Shown here: in pieces, positions 1 through 10,400 of the stretch
How positions within the stretch are numbered: the stretch's first letter is position 1
Layout: every line of letters begins with the position of its first letter
Assembly (NCBI GenBank): GCA_963519555.1
Contig: CAUQNI010000011.1
Location: 14,600-38,599 of the forward strand
DNA length: 24,000 bases
Reading direction: 5' to 3'
Source: an uncultured bacterium
GTDB taxonomy: Bacteria; Bacillota; Bacilli; Lactobacillales; Streptococcaceae
Program-made: the position numbers and the translations under genes
Notes under the pieces: model-generated
The model's database searches: none
The model's input: the letters and a program-made list of their open reading frames with translations, nothing else
Told to the model about the DNA's origin: nothing

Positions 1-2
1 AA

Positions 3-419
3 TCATTTGCACAAATTGATAAAACTATTCAAGAAAGTGCAACAAAAAGGCAAGAATTGCAAGATGAAATGAAGAAGATTGAGCATGAAATAAAGCAGCT
101 ATCAATGACCATGGAGAACATTCATACCATAAAAAAATATCGGCACATATATCAAGTCTACAAAGAAGATACTACTGACAAAGCTTTCCTCAAAGAGAAT
201 CAAACTGAAATCACACTTTACCGAAATGCACTAAAAAATCTTAAAAAATCTTATGCAAAACTCCCTAACACAAAAAAAATACTCACTCAACTTGACCTCT
301 TACAAGAAAAAAAGAATACCCTTTTTCAAGAGTATTCTTCAACAAAAAATAGTATATCTGAGCTATATCAATTTAGAAAAAATTATGAAACATATCTAGG
401 GGAAGAGGTGGAACGTTGA
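3..419 (+). CDS. C-terminal part of a probable MobA/relaxase (ORF open to the window edge; the 57 TTG start is unlikely to be real)
   Basis: Reading frame is open upstream (SFAQIDKTIQESATKRQELQDEMKKIE...). Coiled-coil tail IHTIKKYRHIYQVYK...LKKSYAKLPNTKKILTQLDLLQEKKNTL...YLGEEVER resembles the C-termini of Tn5252-type relaxases, recalled by eye. Confidence 0.7.
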   Translation, partial: SFAQIDKTIQESATKRQELQDEMKKIEHEIKQLSMTMENIHTIKKYRHIYQVYKEDTTDKAFLKENQTEITLYRNALKNLKKSYAKLPNTKKILTQLDLLQEKKNTLFQEYSSTKNSISELYQFRKNYETYLGEEVER

Positions 420-439
420 TAGAAATAATCAACTCCTCC

Positions 440-1246
440 TTACAAATTAATTCCAATTGCAGAAGCAATCATCTGTATTCCTGCACTTAAATCTGGCAAG
501 GCTGCAATAGAAGTAGCAATAAATTGCATACTTTTTAAGCAGGTTGCAAGTATAGATAATTTAGGAGTGCTCTCCCTCACTTCCTTCTTTAAAGTCTCTA
601 AATTTTGATTTAAAACCAATTTAGAGTTCTCATCTTCAATTTTAGCTATTGAAGATTCAATACTTTCTATTGCCTTATCAATCTTATCAGTATTAAAATG
701 ATTTACCTGCTCCGCATTAACTGTTCCCCCATTATCTACCACATTAACTTGTGTTCCGGAAGCATTAACATTGACATTAAAAATGGTATTTTGATTATCA
801 TAGCCCATATCCGTAGCTATGTCTTTCATATAATTTTCGATCTCACTAACAAAAGGATAAATCATCCTATCTCCAAATGCTTTTGCCATATCTTGATATT
901 TATTGCTACTGGCATAATACCAACCAAAAGTGTATGTATCCCAATTTTTATTAACAATACACAAAAAAGTTTGATACAATCGATAAGCTTTTTCTCTACC
1001 GTTACTTCCTAGCTTTAATGTAATTGTGCCGTATGAGTCATATACTTCCTCTAATGTTGACTCTAGTTCATCTATGTCAAAAGCAAGGGTTTCTAAATAT
1101 TCACTTAATAAAGGGGTTTCTTCAATAAAATCTAAAAACTCTTGAAGACTGTCATTCTGCTCTCTAAAGTGTGAATTCATCACATTTGAAGCCAGTGTTC
1201 TAAATTTTCTACTAATCTTTTTTAATTCATTTTTACTAATCTTCAT
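440..1246 (-). CDS. Unknown 268-aa protein; Asn/Val/Gly-rich middle segment (NVNVNASGTQVNVVDNGGTVNAEQVNHF), helical region and hydrophobic C-terminus
   Basis: Intact ORF. Its start overlaps the stop of the upstream zinc-ribbon gene by 11 nt, suggesting translational coupling. Confidence 0.8.
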   Translation of the reverse strand: MKISKNELKKISRKFRTLASNVMNSHFREQNDSLQEFLDFIEETPLLSEYLETLAFDIDELESTLEEVYDSYGTITLKLGSNGREKAYRLYQTFLCIVNKNWDTYTFGWYYASSNKYQDMAKAFGDRMIYPFVSEIENYMKDIATDMGYDNQNTIFNVNVNASGTQVNVVDNGGTVNAEQVNHFNTDKIDKAIESIESSIAKIEDENSKLVLNQNLETLKKEVRESTPKLSILATCLKSMQFIATSIAALPDLSAGIQMIASAIGINL

Positions 1247-1697
1247 CTAGTATCTCTCCACAAAAAGGACAGTAGCCACCTTCAAATAAAGTCAGACTAC
1301 TTAATTTAAAAATATTTTCACAACAATAGCATTTCTTTACTTCATAGTCCCCAACTTTTCTATGTACAGAAGTTTCAGGTTCCCTTTTTAATTGTTTACT
1401 AGATTTAAAGTTTAAATTTTTACTATTGCTAAAGTTTTTTTCAAGCTCTTGTGAAAAATCATTTAATAAATCTACAACCTGATTTTTTATAAGACGATTG
1501 GCAGATTCTAAAACATCATCATCTAAGTAGTTATCATGTGTTAAACCACACTTTGGACACCAAATAACTATTAGTTCATCTGACTTCAAATCATCAACTT
1601 GAAGCATAAACTTTTCACTGCAAGAGGGGCACTTTAATAAAACATATCCCTCACCATCACTAGGTATAGAAATTTCTACTTCGTATGTATTTGACAT
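1236..1697 (-). CDS. Double zinc-ribbon protein of unknown function (153 aa)
   Basis: Cys pairs CPSC...CPKC and CYCC...CPFC. Good RBS (GGAAGGAG) before ATG, with an upstream promoter-like sequence. Confidence 0.8.
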   Translation of the reverse strand: MSNTYEVEISIPSDGEGYVLLKCPSCSEKFMLQVDDLKSDELIVIWCPKCGLTHDNYLDDDVLESANRLIKNQVVDLLNDFSQELEKNFSNSKNLNFKSSKQLKREPETSVHRKVGDYEVKKCYCCENIFKLSSLTLFEGGYCPFCGEILDED

Positions 1698-1718
1698 ACA
1701 ATCTCCTTCCTCGATAAA

Positions 1719-1747
1719 ATTATAATTCTACTTTGGACAGTAATCAA
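1719..1747 (-). promoter_or_regulatory. Putative sigma-A promoter of the 1697/1246 gene pair (TTGATT-17 nt-TATAAT)
   Basis: Minus-strand TATAAT at 1719-1724 and TTGATT at 1742-1747, with exact 17-nt spacing. Confidence 0.55.
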
Positions 1748-1871
1748 TCTATTAATTTAAAAATATTCATAGCTTATATCAAGAAAGCAGAAAATGCTAT
1801 AGTAGACTAGGAGTATTATTGTGATGAAGACAATCACACTTTTCAACCTTAATATGTAAATCCTTTAGAAG

Positions 1872-1904
1872 ATTGATACTTATCAATACTGCTTCACCAG
1901 TATT
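1872..1904. repeat. Two overlapping short inverted repeats (ATTGATAcTTATCAAT and AATACTG-cttcac-CAGTATT)
   Basis: Perfect 7-bp arms in each case. The second is followed on the + strand by TAATTTTTTTATTTT. Could be a weak terminator or an operator. Confidence 0.4.
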
Positions 1905-1912
1905 TAATTTTT

Positions 1913-2983
1913 TTATTTTGTTGTTGATTTAATATTTTCTAAAAAAATTTCTTTAACATTTTGCAAATCCGCTTTAATTTTATCAACATCCGTTCTTATA
2001 TAATTAATCAAGTCTTCACTAGATACCTGTTTTTTTATACGAGCATAATCATAATAATCTTTTTTACCATATGTTTTCCATTTTTTTCTTGAAGATGATT
2101 TTTCTAAAATTGGATTATCCTCTAGATTGAAATTATATAAACAAGTTTTCTCTTTTATACTATCACATATTCTTTCTAAATCACCTAGTTTTTCCTTATC
2201 TTCAAGAGAGAAATTAACCTTATGTCTATACTGATTCCCTTGTATCTGAATATCAAAAGATGATGTAGTACCTTCGATAGGAAGATCAATTCCAAAATGA
2301 TGTCCTCCCTTTATTCTACCAGAGTATGTTTTATACCCTAAATCAGCAATCTTATTCTGTAAGTTCGCATAATGAATCTTCTCGATAACCGACCTTAATC
2401 TCATACCTTCAAGCACTTTATTATTAGTCTCTTCAAAATAGTATGATTCACCATAACTTACCTTTCCAATAAACTTTTCCAAATTCTCCATATATTCGAT
2501 ATAATCCTTTAAGAATAATCTAAAAGTCTCATCTACTTTATCAAGTGAATCACGATAATACTCAATTAGCTCATCATAACTTCTTCTAAACCAACTATCA
2601 GGTAGTTTAAATCCAGGTTTAACTAAACTAAGAAGTATCCCTTTAGCATTAGAATCTTTTTCAGAATAACGAATTAATTGATTCTCATCAGGTAAAGACT
2701 TAACCTTATTTTCTATAAAAATAACATGAGTTTGTCTATCTTCATCAATAACTTCGATAGTTAAATCAATCGAGTTTTTTTCTCTGTATACCTTCAAGTC
2801 CGTATATTTTTTATTAATATCAATAACATCACTAAAAAAATGATGATTAATAAATCCAGACTTCTCTAGAACAACAGCGAATAGATTGCTGTGATATAAT
2901 TCCAAATTACTTAATGACAGTTGATAATTCAGTGTATTTTCTATTTTATTCCTTAGAGCTAATAACTCATTAAAAATTTCCAT
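1913..2983 (-). CDS. PD-(D/E)XK nuclease family protein (PDDEXK_4-like), 356 aa
   Basis: N-terminal IDLTIEVIDEDRQTHVIFIENKVKSLPDENQLIRYSE fits the D...(E/D)xK core of this family. Confidence 0.75.
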   Translation of the reverse strand: MEIFNELLALRNKIENTLNYQLSLSNLELYHSNLFAVVLEKSGFINHHFFSDVIDINKKYTDLKVYREKNSIDLTIEVIDEDRQTHVIFIENKVKSLPDENQLIRYSEKDSNAKGILLSLVKPGFKLPDSWFRRSYDELIEYYRDSLDKVDETFRLFLKDYIEYMENLEKFIGKVSYGESYYFEETNNKVLEGMRLRSVIEKIHYANLQNKIADLGYKTYSGRIKGGHHFGIDLPIEGTTSSFDIQIQGNQYRHKVNFSLEDKEKLGDLERICDSIKEKTCLYNFNLEDNPILEKSSSRKKWKTYGKKDYYDYARIKKQVSSEDLINYIRTDVDKIKADLQNVKEIFLENIKSTTK

Positions 2984-3030
2984 TTAACAATTCCTTTGCT
3001 ATTATAATCAATATATTTTTAATTTATTTT

Positions 3031-3039
3031 ATTATATCA
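3031..3039 (-). promoter_or_regulatory. Possible extended -10 promoter (TGATATAAT) for the PD-(D/E)XK gene
   Basis: Minus-strand TG-A-TATAAT about 50 nt upstream of ATG; no good -35. The region is very AT-rich. Confidence 0.35.
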
Positions 3040-3069
3040 TAAAATAAATTAATCAGTTTATTGAAAACA

Positions 3070-3647
3070 ATTGAGTATAAGTTGCCCACAATCATTATCT
3101 ACAAAATGGTTTAATGCAGACTGAATTACACTTTCTTGACAATATCTTAACTTCTTTTTAGCTTTTACAGTTACTACTTCTGGTCATTCAAAAGAGAATT
3201 TTGACCAATCAATCTGAGAATTTCTAAGGTCTGAAAACCCAATACGAATAACATCACTACGATCTGATAGAGCTTTTTCAACATTTTTACCCCATTTATC
3301 GGTTGAAGCTACGAAAATACCTGATTCGAAATAGTCTTCCACAATTCACCTAGGAAGGAATCTATATCTTTTTTTGAGATTGCATGCGTATAGAATTTTT
3401 CCTGAATTGCAACTGATTCTCCAGTAAACTTTTCCGCAACTAAATCTACTGCAGTATCAACTTTAGGTATTCCAAATTCCTATGGAACATCTGCTAGAAT
3501 CCATACATTCTTAAACTCATTCTGGTATATTGGTTCATTTTGAAAATAGGCAAGTGCTAAATACTCAAAGCATTTCCCTCTACCACGTTGCGTTTCAGCA
3601 AGTTCATTAATTTCCATCACTAAACGAACAATGCCATTATCATCCAC
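3070..3647 (-). pseudogene. Decayed N-terminal fragment of an Mrr-like nuclease/helicase restriction enzyme (type ISP LlaGI/LlaBIII-like or similar)
   Basis: Hand translation of the minus strand: VDDNGIVRLVMEINELAETQRGRGKCFEYLALAYFQNEPIYQNEFKNVWILADVP*EFGIPKVDTAVDLVAEKFTGESVAIQEKFY..., then a frameshift, EDYFESGIFVASTDKWGKNVEKALSDRSDVIRIGFSDLRNSQIDWSKFSFE*PEVVTVKAKKKLRYCQESVIQSALNHFVDNDCGQLI. It has two stops and one frameshift and is truncated where the helicase Walker A would be expected. Confidence 0.65.
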
Positions 3648-3754
3648 CTATTCATTTATATTCTTAACTAGAAAATATTTTTAATTATTTTGCTTTCATT
3701 ATAACATTTATCGTTGTAAAAAGCTTATGCAATACTATTATATCACCCTCTTAT

Positions 3755-3783
3755 AAAAAAGTAGTGCAGCCCGTAGACTACAC
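3755..3783 (-). terminator. Intrinsic terminator at the end of the transfer operon
   Basis: Minus strand GTGTAGTC-TACG-GGCTGCAC (8 bp incl. G-U pairs) followed by TACTTTTTT, directly after the SSB stop. Confidence 0.7.
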
Positions 3784-3791
3784 CATAACTC

Positions 3792-4484
3792 TCATCGTTC
3801 ACTATTTATATCTTGTTTCTTTGGTTGTTTTGGATTTGTCTGTTCTTTCTTTTTGTACTGTTTGATTGCTCCTAACACTGAATATTTGTTTTTTCCTTTA
3901 AATTGATTTCGTGCTTTTAAGAGCTTAGAAGCAAGAACTCGTACATTACTATGAATCTTACCTTGGTCATCAATAGATGTACGAATCTTCCCAAAAATCT
4001 TGACAAAATCCCCTTGTTTAAAATTTTTGGGGATTTCTCCTTTATCTCCATAAGCCGAACAGTTAGTGTAGAATTTGTTCCCCTCATCATCCTTTGATAC
4101 AACTGAAAAATTAACAGCTGTAAATACTTCCCCTTCTCTTGTTTTTCTCTCAACCACTTCAACTTCTCCAACGATATTACCAACAAGATTGACCAGGTTG
4201 TTTTCTTCTATTTGCTGACTGTCTAATTGTTGGCTCAATTCTCCATTTTCACGTAACTCTTCAATCATCTCATCAAAGGTATCATTTAACAACATCATTG
4301 AGTCATTATTTTGATAGTTATCATACAGCTTATCAAGAGCTGACTGGTCATCAATTCCTTTTTCAAAGCTGATAATTGCTTTGGTAAACTCTTTATAGTT
4401 GTCTGTTGCCATTTGTTCTAGTTGTGCTTTCATATCTTTATAATCCATTTTTCTATCCTCCATTTGTATCTTTTTATCGTTCAT
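3792..4484 (-). CDS. ssb: Single-stranded DNA-binding protein with N-terminal extension (230 aa; a start at an internal Met is possible)
   Basis: OB-fold region [37 protein letters not shown]...[30 protein letters not shown]. Overlaps the preceding gene by 11 nt. Confidence 0.8.
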   Translation of the reverse strand: MNDKKIQMEDRKMDYKDMKAQLEQMATDNYKEFTKAIISFEKGIDDQSALDKLYDNYQNNDSMMLLNDTFDEMIEELRENGELSQQLDSQQIEENNLVNLVGNIVGEVEVVERKTREGEVFTAVNFSVVSKDDEGNKFYTNCSAYGDKGEIPKNFKQGDFVKIFGKIRTSIDDQGKIHSNVRVLASKLLKARNQFKGKNKYSVLGAIKQYKKKEQTNPKQPKKQDINSER

Positions 4485-7400
4485 CTAATACATTTATTTT
4501 TTCATCATTACTAGTTACTTTATCCTGTGATTGGTAATTTTTTATCTGACCTAGTATAGATACTTTCTCTTCCTTTTCATGCAGATTATCCTCCACATCA
4601 TAAGTGGATTCAAAAGCATCACTATCCCTAAAGTCATCGTCATAACGATCTGCAATTCCATCATTATCCATATCTTTTGAGAGTGGGTCATAAATGTTCC
4701 CCTCATCATCTCTTTCAAGTCCTGTTGCTGCTTTCAGTTCGTCATCATTAATCGATACGAACTCAGAAAAATCACCGTATTCAATTTCCATTTTCATAGC
4801 CTCAAGTGCTTGCTCTACTGTGCCATTTTCTTCCATGTATTGATAATGACTGATTGGTGTCTCATCTACGTACTGTGTCGCTGTGTAGTCTTCTAGGTTT
4901 AATTCAAATAAAATTCCGTGCTCTTCATCATTAGAGCTTGTGTAGGCGATATCTACATGTTTTAAATCGGGATAAAGCTCATTAAAACTATCATAACTAA
5001 AGTTCTCTGCATACTCTCTATTATAAAAGTCTATAATTGCTCGTTTAAGATCTTCTAACAAAGGATTAGATTTAGATATTTCTTCTACTTCTCCCATATC
5101 TAATAATTGATTGAGTTCTGCTAGTCTTAACACCTTTGTTTTCAACTCCTCTGCCTTTTCAAATGGCTTTTCTAATTCCGCTTTAGCACGTTCAAATTGA
5201 TTTTTGGTATTGCTGAGTTTATCTTCCAATCTTTCAAGTTTTTCAGGAATCTTATCTATGACATGATCTAATCTTATTAAATTACCTTCAGCACTACTTC
5301 CCAACTCTCCAGAGTGCTTTGCATGACCATTTAAACTAAATTGATATTCGTTGCTAAATACATCAAAATGAACTTCTAAGTCTAAATTTCGATATTGTCC
5401 TATTATTGGGGAGTCATTTACTTTTAAATTTTTAATAGACTCCAGCAACCTTTCCCCAGCAATTTTTTTGTCCTTTATTCTCTCACTATGAATCGTTAAT
5501 GATGTAAACTTATTATCACCAACTCCTTGAGGTTCAATAGTATTCAAATCCTCTTTCATATCTTGAATCAATTCTTTAGTGCGTCTGATTTCCTCTGGAT
5601 AATATGTTGTCACTTTATCTTCTAATCGATAACGGTTAGCTTTATAGTTAGCCTCTAACATTTTTAGTTTTGTAACTTCATTATCCAAATCCATTTTCTC
5701 CTTGATTTTAGGGTCTCCTGTTGCGAGAGCTTTAATTTCTGCGTAATTCAAACTACTCTCATCTACATCTTCTGCAACACGAACTGGGGTCTTACTAGTC
5801 ATGATTTGTGAGATAAACTTTTGCTTATTCTCGATTGTTTGCCATAGATAGGCATCAAATGTATTTTCTGTGATATAGCGATAGATATGAACTTCTTTAT
5901 TTTCATTACCTTGCCTGATAATTCTACCCGCGCGTTGCTCCAAATCAGCTGGTCGCCAAGGAACATCTAAGTCATGCATGGCAATTAATTTCTTTTGAAC
6001 ATTTGTTCCTGCCCCCATTTTTTGAGTCGAACCCATCAAAATACGGATTTCTCCTTTTCGAACTTTTGCAAATAACTCCTCCTTTTGCTTGTCTGAATTT
6101 GCCTCATGTATAAACGCAATCTCTTCTTTAGGTATTCCCAATTTGACAAGCTTATCTCGAATATCATCATAAATATTAAAACTTCCATCTCCTTTCGGTG
6201 TAGACATATCAGAAAATAATAGCTGTGTAGATTGGGGTTCTTTTGTATTTTCCCAAATCGCAAACACATTTTTCACGCATACATTCACTTTTGAATTGTC
6301 ATCATCAGGTAGTAAAGGATTAATCAATCGTTGATCAAGGGCAAGCTTTTTCCCATCATTGGTAATTCGTAACATATTATCTTCTTCTGGCTCTACCAAT
6401 TTGTTACGAACCCTCTCTGCTCTTTCAGACAAGCCTTGTAGGATTTGTTTTTGTTCTTCACTAGGAGTTGTCTTTATAACGTCAAAGTGCGCTTCAGGTA
6501 CAGGTAGTTTTAACATATCCGCTGTTTGAATATCTGATACTTCCTTAAAAAGACTCATCAATTCAGGCAAGTTATAAAATTTAGAAAAGCGTGTTTTTAC
6601 TCGATAACCAGTCCCTTCAGGAGATAATTCAAAAGCAGATTGAGTTTCACCGAAAGTCGAAGCCCAAGAATCAAAATGTTCCAAGCCATTCTTCTTCAAT
6701 TCATCATACTGAAGATAGCGTTGCATAGTATACAATTCTGTCATTGAGTTTGAAATCGGTGTTCCAGTCGCAAATACTATCCCTTTACCATTCGTCATCT
6801 CATCCATATACCGACACTTCATAAACATATCAGATGACTTAAAAGCTTCAGACTGTCCAATTCCTGCCACATTTCTCATTTTTGTATATAGATATAGATT
6901 TTTATAATTATGAGCTTCATCCACAATCAACTTATCCACTCCTAATTCTTCAAACGTGACAACATCATCTTTTTTGAAATCGTCATTCAACTTTTTTAAC
7001 TTAAGCTCTAATTTCTTCTTTGTCTTTTGAAGTTCCTTGACTGTAAAATGTTGACTGCTATCGTACTTGTATTCTTTTATGTAATCTATAATATTATCAA
7101 TCTGATCTTGAATATGCTTTTCTTGATATTCCTTTGACATTGGAATTTTTTCAAACTGACTATGCCCAATAATTACTGCATCGTACTCGCCTGTCGCAAT
7201 CTTTCCGATAAATCGTTTCCGATTTTTAGGCTCGAAATCCTTTTTATCTGCTACCATGATGGTGGCAGAAGGATAAAGCTGCATGAACTCTCTCCCAATC
7301 TGTCCAGTTAAATGATTAGGAACGACAAATAAGGTTTTGCTACACATACCAAGCCTCTTAGACTCCATAGCACTCGCGACCATTTCAAAGGTTTTACCTG

Positions 7401-10400
7401 CTCCCACAACATGAGCAAGCAAGGTGTTTCCTCCATAGAGAACTCTAGCAATCGCATTTTTTTGATGTGGTCTAAGGCTGATATCCGTACTCATACCATC
7501 AAAGGTTAAATTAGACCCATCATACTCTCTATTTCGTATAGAATTAAACCGTTCATTATAGATATTCACAAGTCGATTTCTTCTATCAATATCTTTGAAA
7601 ATCCAATTTTTAAATTCTTCTTTTAATAGCTCTTGCTTTTGACCTGCAAGCATCGTCTCCTTTTTATTTAAAACTGCTGTCTTTGAGCCATCTGGATTGA
7701 GAACCTGATCAAAAACTTTAGTTTCCTTTAAGTTGAGGGCATCTTCTATCAGTTTATAAGCACTCACTCGACTCGTTCCATAAGTTAACTCTGCCAAGTC
7801 ATTTCCTCTATCTTTACTCTTTCCTTCTACCTTCCACTCACTTGTCATTGGAGAAAATTTGGCTTTAATATCCCATCTCAAATAGCTCGGAGTTTTTAAG
7901 GTCTCAAAAATAAACTGTTCGATGTCTTTTGTTGGTAGCCAAGTAGCACCAAGTCGAACATTGATCTCACTAGCTTCTAATTCCTTCGGCATAACTTTTT
8001 CCAGCTCTGTCTTTTGGTAATTCAATTGCTCTAGCTCATATTCTAATGACTGACGCTCGTTCATTTGAGAATCTGAAAGCTGTGATTTTGCAGTTAACAA
8101 ACTAGCTATATAACGATCGATAATCCGAATTTTTTCTCGAATATTGCCACTCAAATATTCATCTTTTGGAACGTAAGTATAGTGAGTTGAATCTGTATCT
8201 AAACTACTAGTAAAAGGTAACTCACCTACCTCTATATCAAATGATGCTTCTGGATGAAAATAAGAATTCTCTTTATCTAGTTGTAAAAATATTTCACCTT
8301 TTAGTTCCTTGATTAAGGTATTCCTGTCTTTCGTGGTTAAGGCAGACATATATTCAAAATCAACGACTCCTTTTTGAGAAATTGAAAGTACCAACGCTTC
8401 AACTGAAGTATCAACATGTTCCACTGCTTTTGCCTTGGTAATCGTACGTTTAGTAAAAATATCTCCTTTCGCTTTAAAATTCTGTTCTTCATCTAGTATC
8501 TCAATGGAAGATACCAAGGGAAAGTTACTATCATCTCTCAATGCCCGTGTATTACTGAGAGTGTTGATAAACCCATGTTTTTTTGAAAAACTATCGTACG
8601 CTTCATTTAATAGTTGTTGCGCTTTTTTTATCTCTTCATCGCTGGTATCTTCTTTTTGTTTTTCAATCACTACTTTCAAAGCATTCTGTACAGTCAAGTA
8701 ATCCTCAATCTTTGACTTTATCTTTTCTGAGACTTCTTTTTTGATAAAAAGTGAATCTTCTCGGTAATAGACATCCCCATCGATTAGGGTATAAGAAAAA
8801 TTTTTGACATCATTTGTTGCTGCTAGTGTTTCTAAACTATCGTCATCTCGTTCAACATATTCGTACTTTGCATTTTGAGATATTTTTCTTCCCGCTTCGT
8901 TTAATAAGATTTCAAGAGATTCTTCATTTGGTACGCAAGTGAGAGTATCCCCAAATCTACCACTTACACTTTTCATATTACCAAGTACCATTTCGGGGTG
9001 TTTTACAAAATAACGATTATAAATCAGACCATTTTCATCTTGATCAAGATGAATCCAGTCATCATCTCTCTCTAGAATACTCTCTCGCTTCTTCAAAAAA
9101 ATAATATCAGAAGTTACTTCAGTACCAGCTACGCCTTTGAAAATCGTATTAGGAAGTCTGATAGCTCCTAAAAATTCTGTTCGAGCATTTAGATACCTTC
9201 TCACACTCTCATCTTTTTTATCCAATGTTCCACTGGAAGTAATAAAGGCTACAATCCCTCCATTTCTCACTTTATCAATTGCTTTTGCAAAGAAATAATC
9301 ATGAATAAGAAAATTCTGGCGATTATATTCTCTATCATTGACCTTAAAATCCCCAAAAGGGATGTTCCCAATAGCCAAATCAAAGAAATTATTGGAAAAA
9401 TTCGTCTCTTCAAAACCTTTTACTTGAAGATTGCTTTCAGGATAAAGTTTTTTCGCAATTCTTCCACTAATTGAGTCCAATTCAACTCCGTAAAACTTTG
9501 AGTGACCCATTTCAGCTGGTAAATTGCCTATAAAATTTCCTATCCCCATTGATGGTTCAAGAATATTACCACTTTGAAATCCCATATCAGATATGGTTTG
9601 ATACATACTGTCGATAATAGCTTTAGGTGTGTAAAACGCTGTTAACGTAGAAGCTTTTGCGGCTTCATATTCAGATTCTGAAAGAGTATCTTTTAGGAAG
9701 CTTCGAGCTTTTTCCCATTGCCCTTCTTTACTTTCATCAAATACTTCGGAAAGTCCTCCCCAGCCAACATATTTTGCTAATATTTCTTGCGAGTCTTGAT
9801 CTAAGATTTTGTCGCCATTTTCTATACTGTGAAGTGTTGAAATAGCCTCTAAGTTTCCTGCTAATCGCTCACTCGGACTTAGTTTTTCAGGAAACAACTC
9901 CTCTGTACTCTTATAATTTTTCGCCCCTATGTAGTTAGAATCTTTCTCTATCACTCTTAGATTTTCATTTACAGGAACCTTTTCTGAACTAACTTCCTCC
10001 TGATTTTGAAATTCAAATAAGTCTCCCTGAATCATCCCATTCTCTTGTACAAGACCTTTCTCATCCCCAACAGGTAAAACTCCTTCTAGTGGTTCCTTTC
10101 TTTCCAATTCTTTCTCAAAACTAAGTTCTCCATCAAATATCGAGTAAAGTTCTTCTTCACTCATTCGCTTTCTGAGTTCTGTATCTGTTAACTCCCTAAA
10201 GGTTTTAGGGAACTCTTCTGATAGCAAACGCTCAGCGTGGAGAGTTTCCAGTTCATGCAGATTAAAATATCCCCATTCAGCTTCATCACCTAATACCAAA
10301 CCAAAGGCATCCCCTGTTTCTTTATCATACTCCGTTAAATACCAGGTCCAGTCGCTCTTAAAAGGAATTGTATAAGCCGCATGCACTTCTTTTTCGCCTA

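Noticed and set aside
417-439. Inverted repeat GTTGAT-agaaata-ATCAAC between convergent genes, considered as a terminator
   Set aside because: Only a 6-bp AT-rich stem with no T-tract on either side; too weak to call.
698-1012. + strand 104-aa ORF
   Set aside because: Entirely antisense to the supported 440..1246 gene, with no recognisable family or RBS argument.
3917-4186. Minus-strand 89-aa ORF inside ssb
   Set aside because: Alternative frame within the SSB OB-fold coding region; the main frame has clear family similarity.
6036-6269. Minus-strand 77-aa ORF inside the helicase gene
   Set aside because: Out-of-frame reading of a region encoding conserved SNF2 helicase sequence.
8435-8701. 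+ strand ORFs antisense to the giant gene (8435-8701, 9657-9845, 10843-11070)
   Set aside because: All lie opposite a long coding frame in AT-rich DNA and look like chance ORFs.
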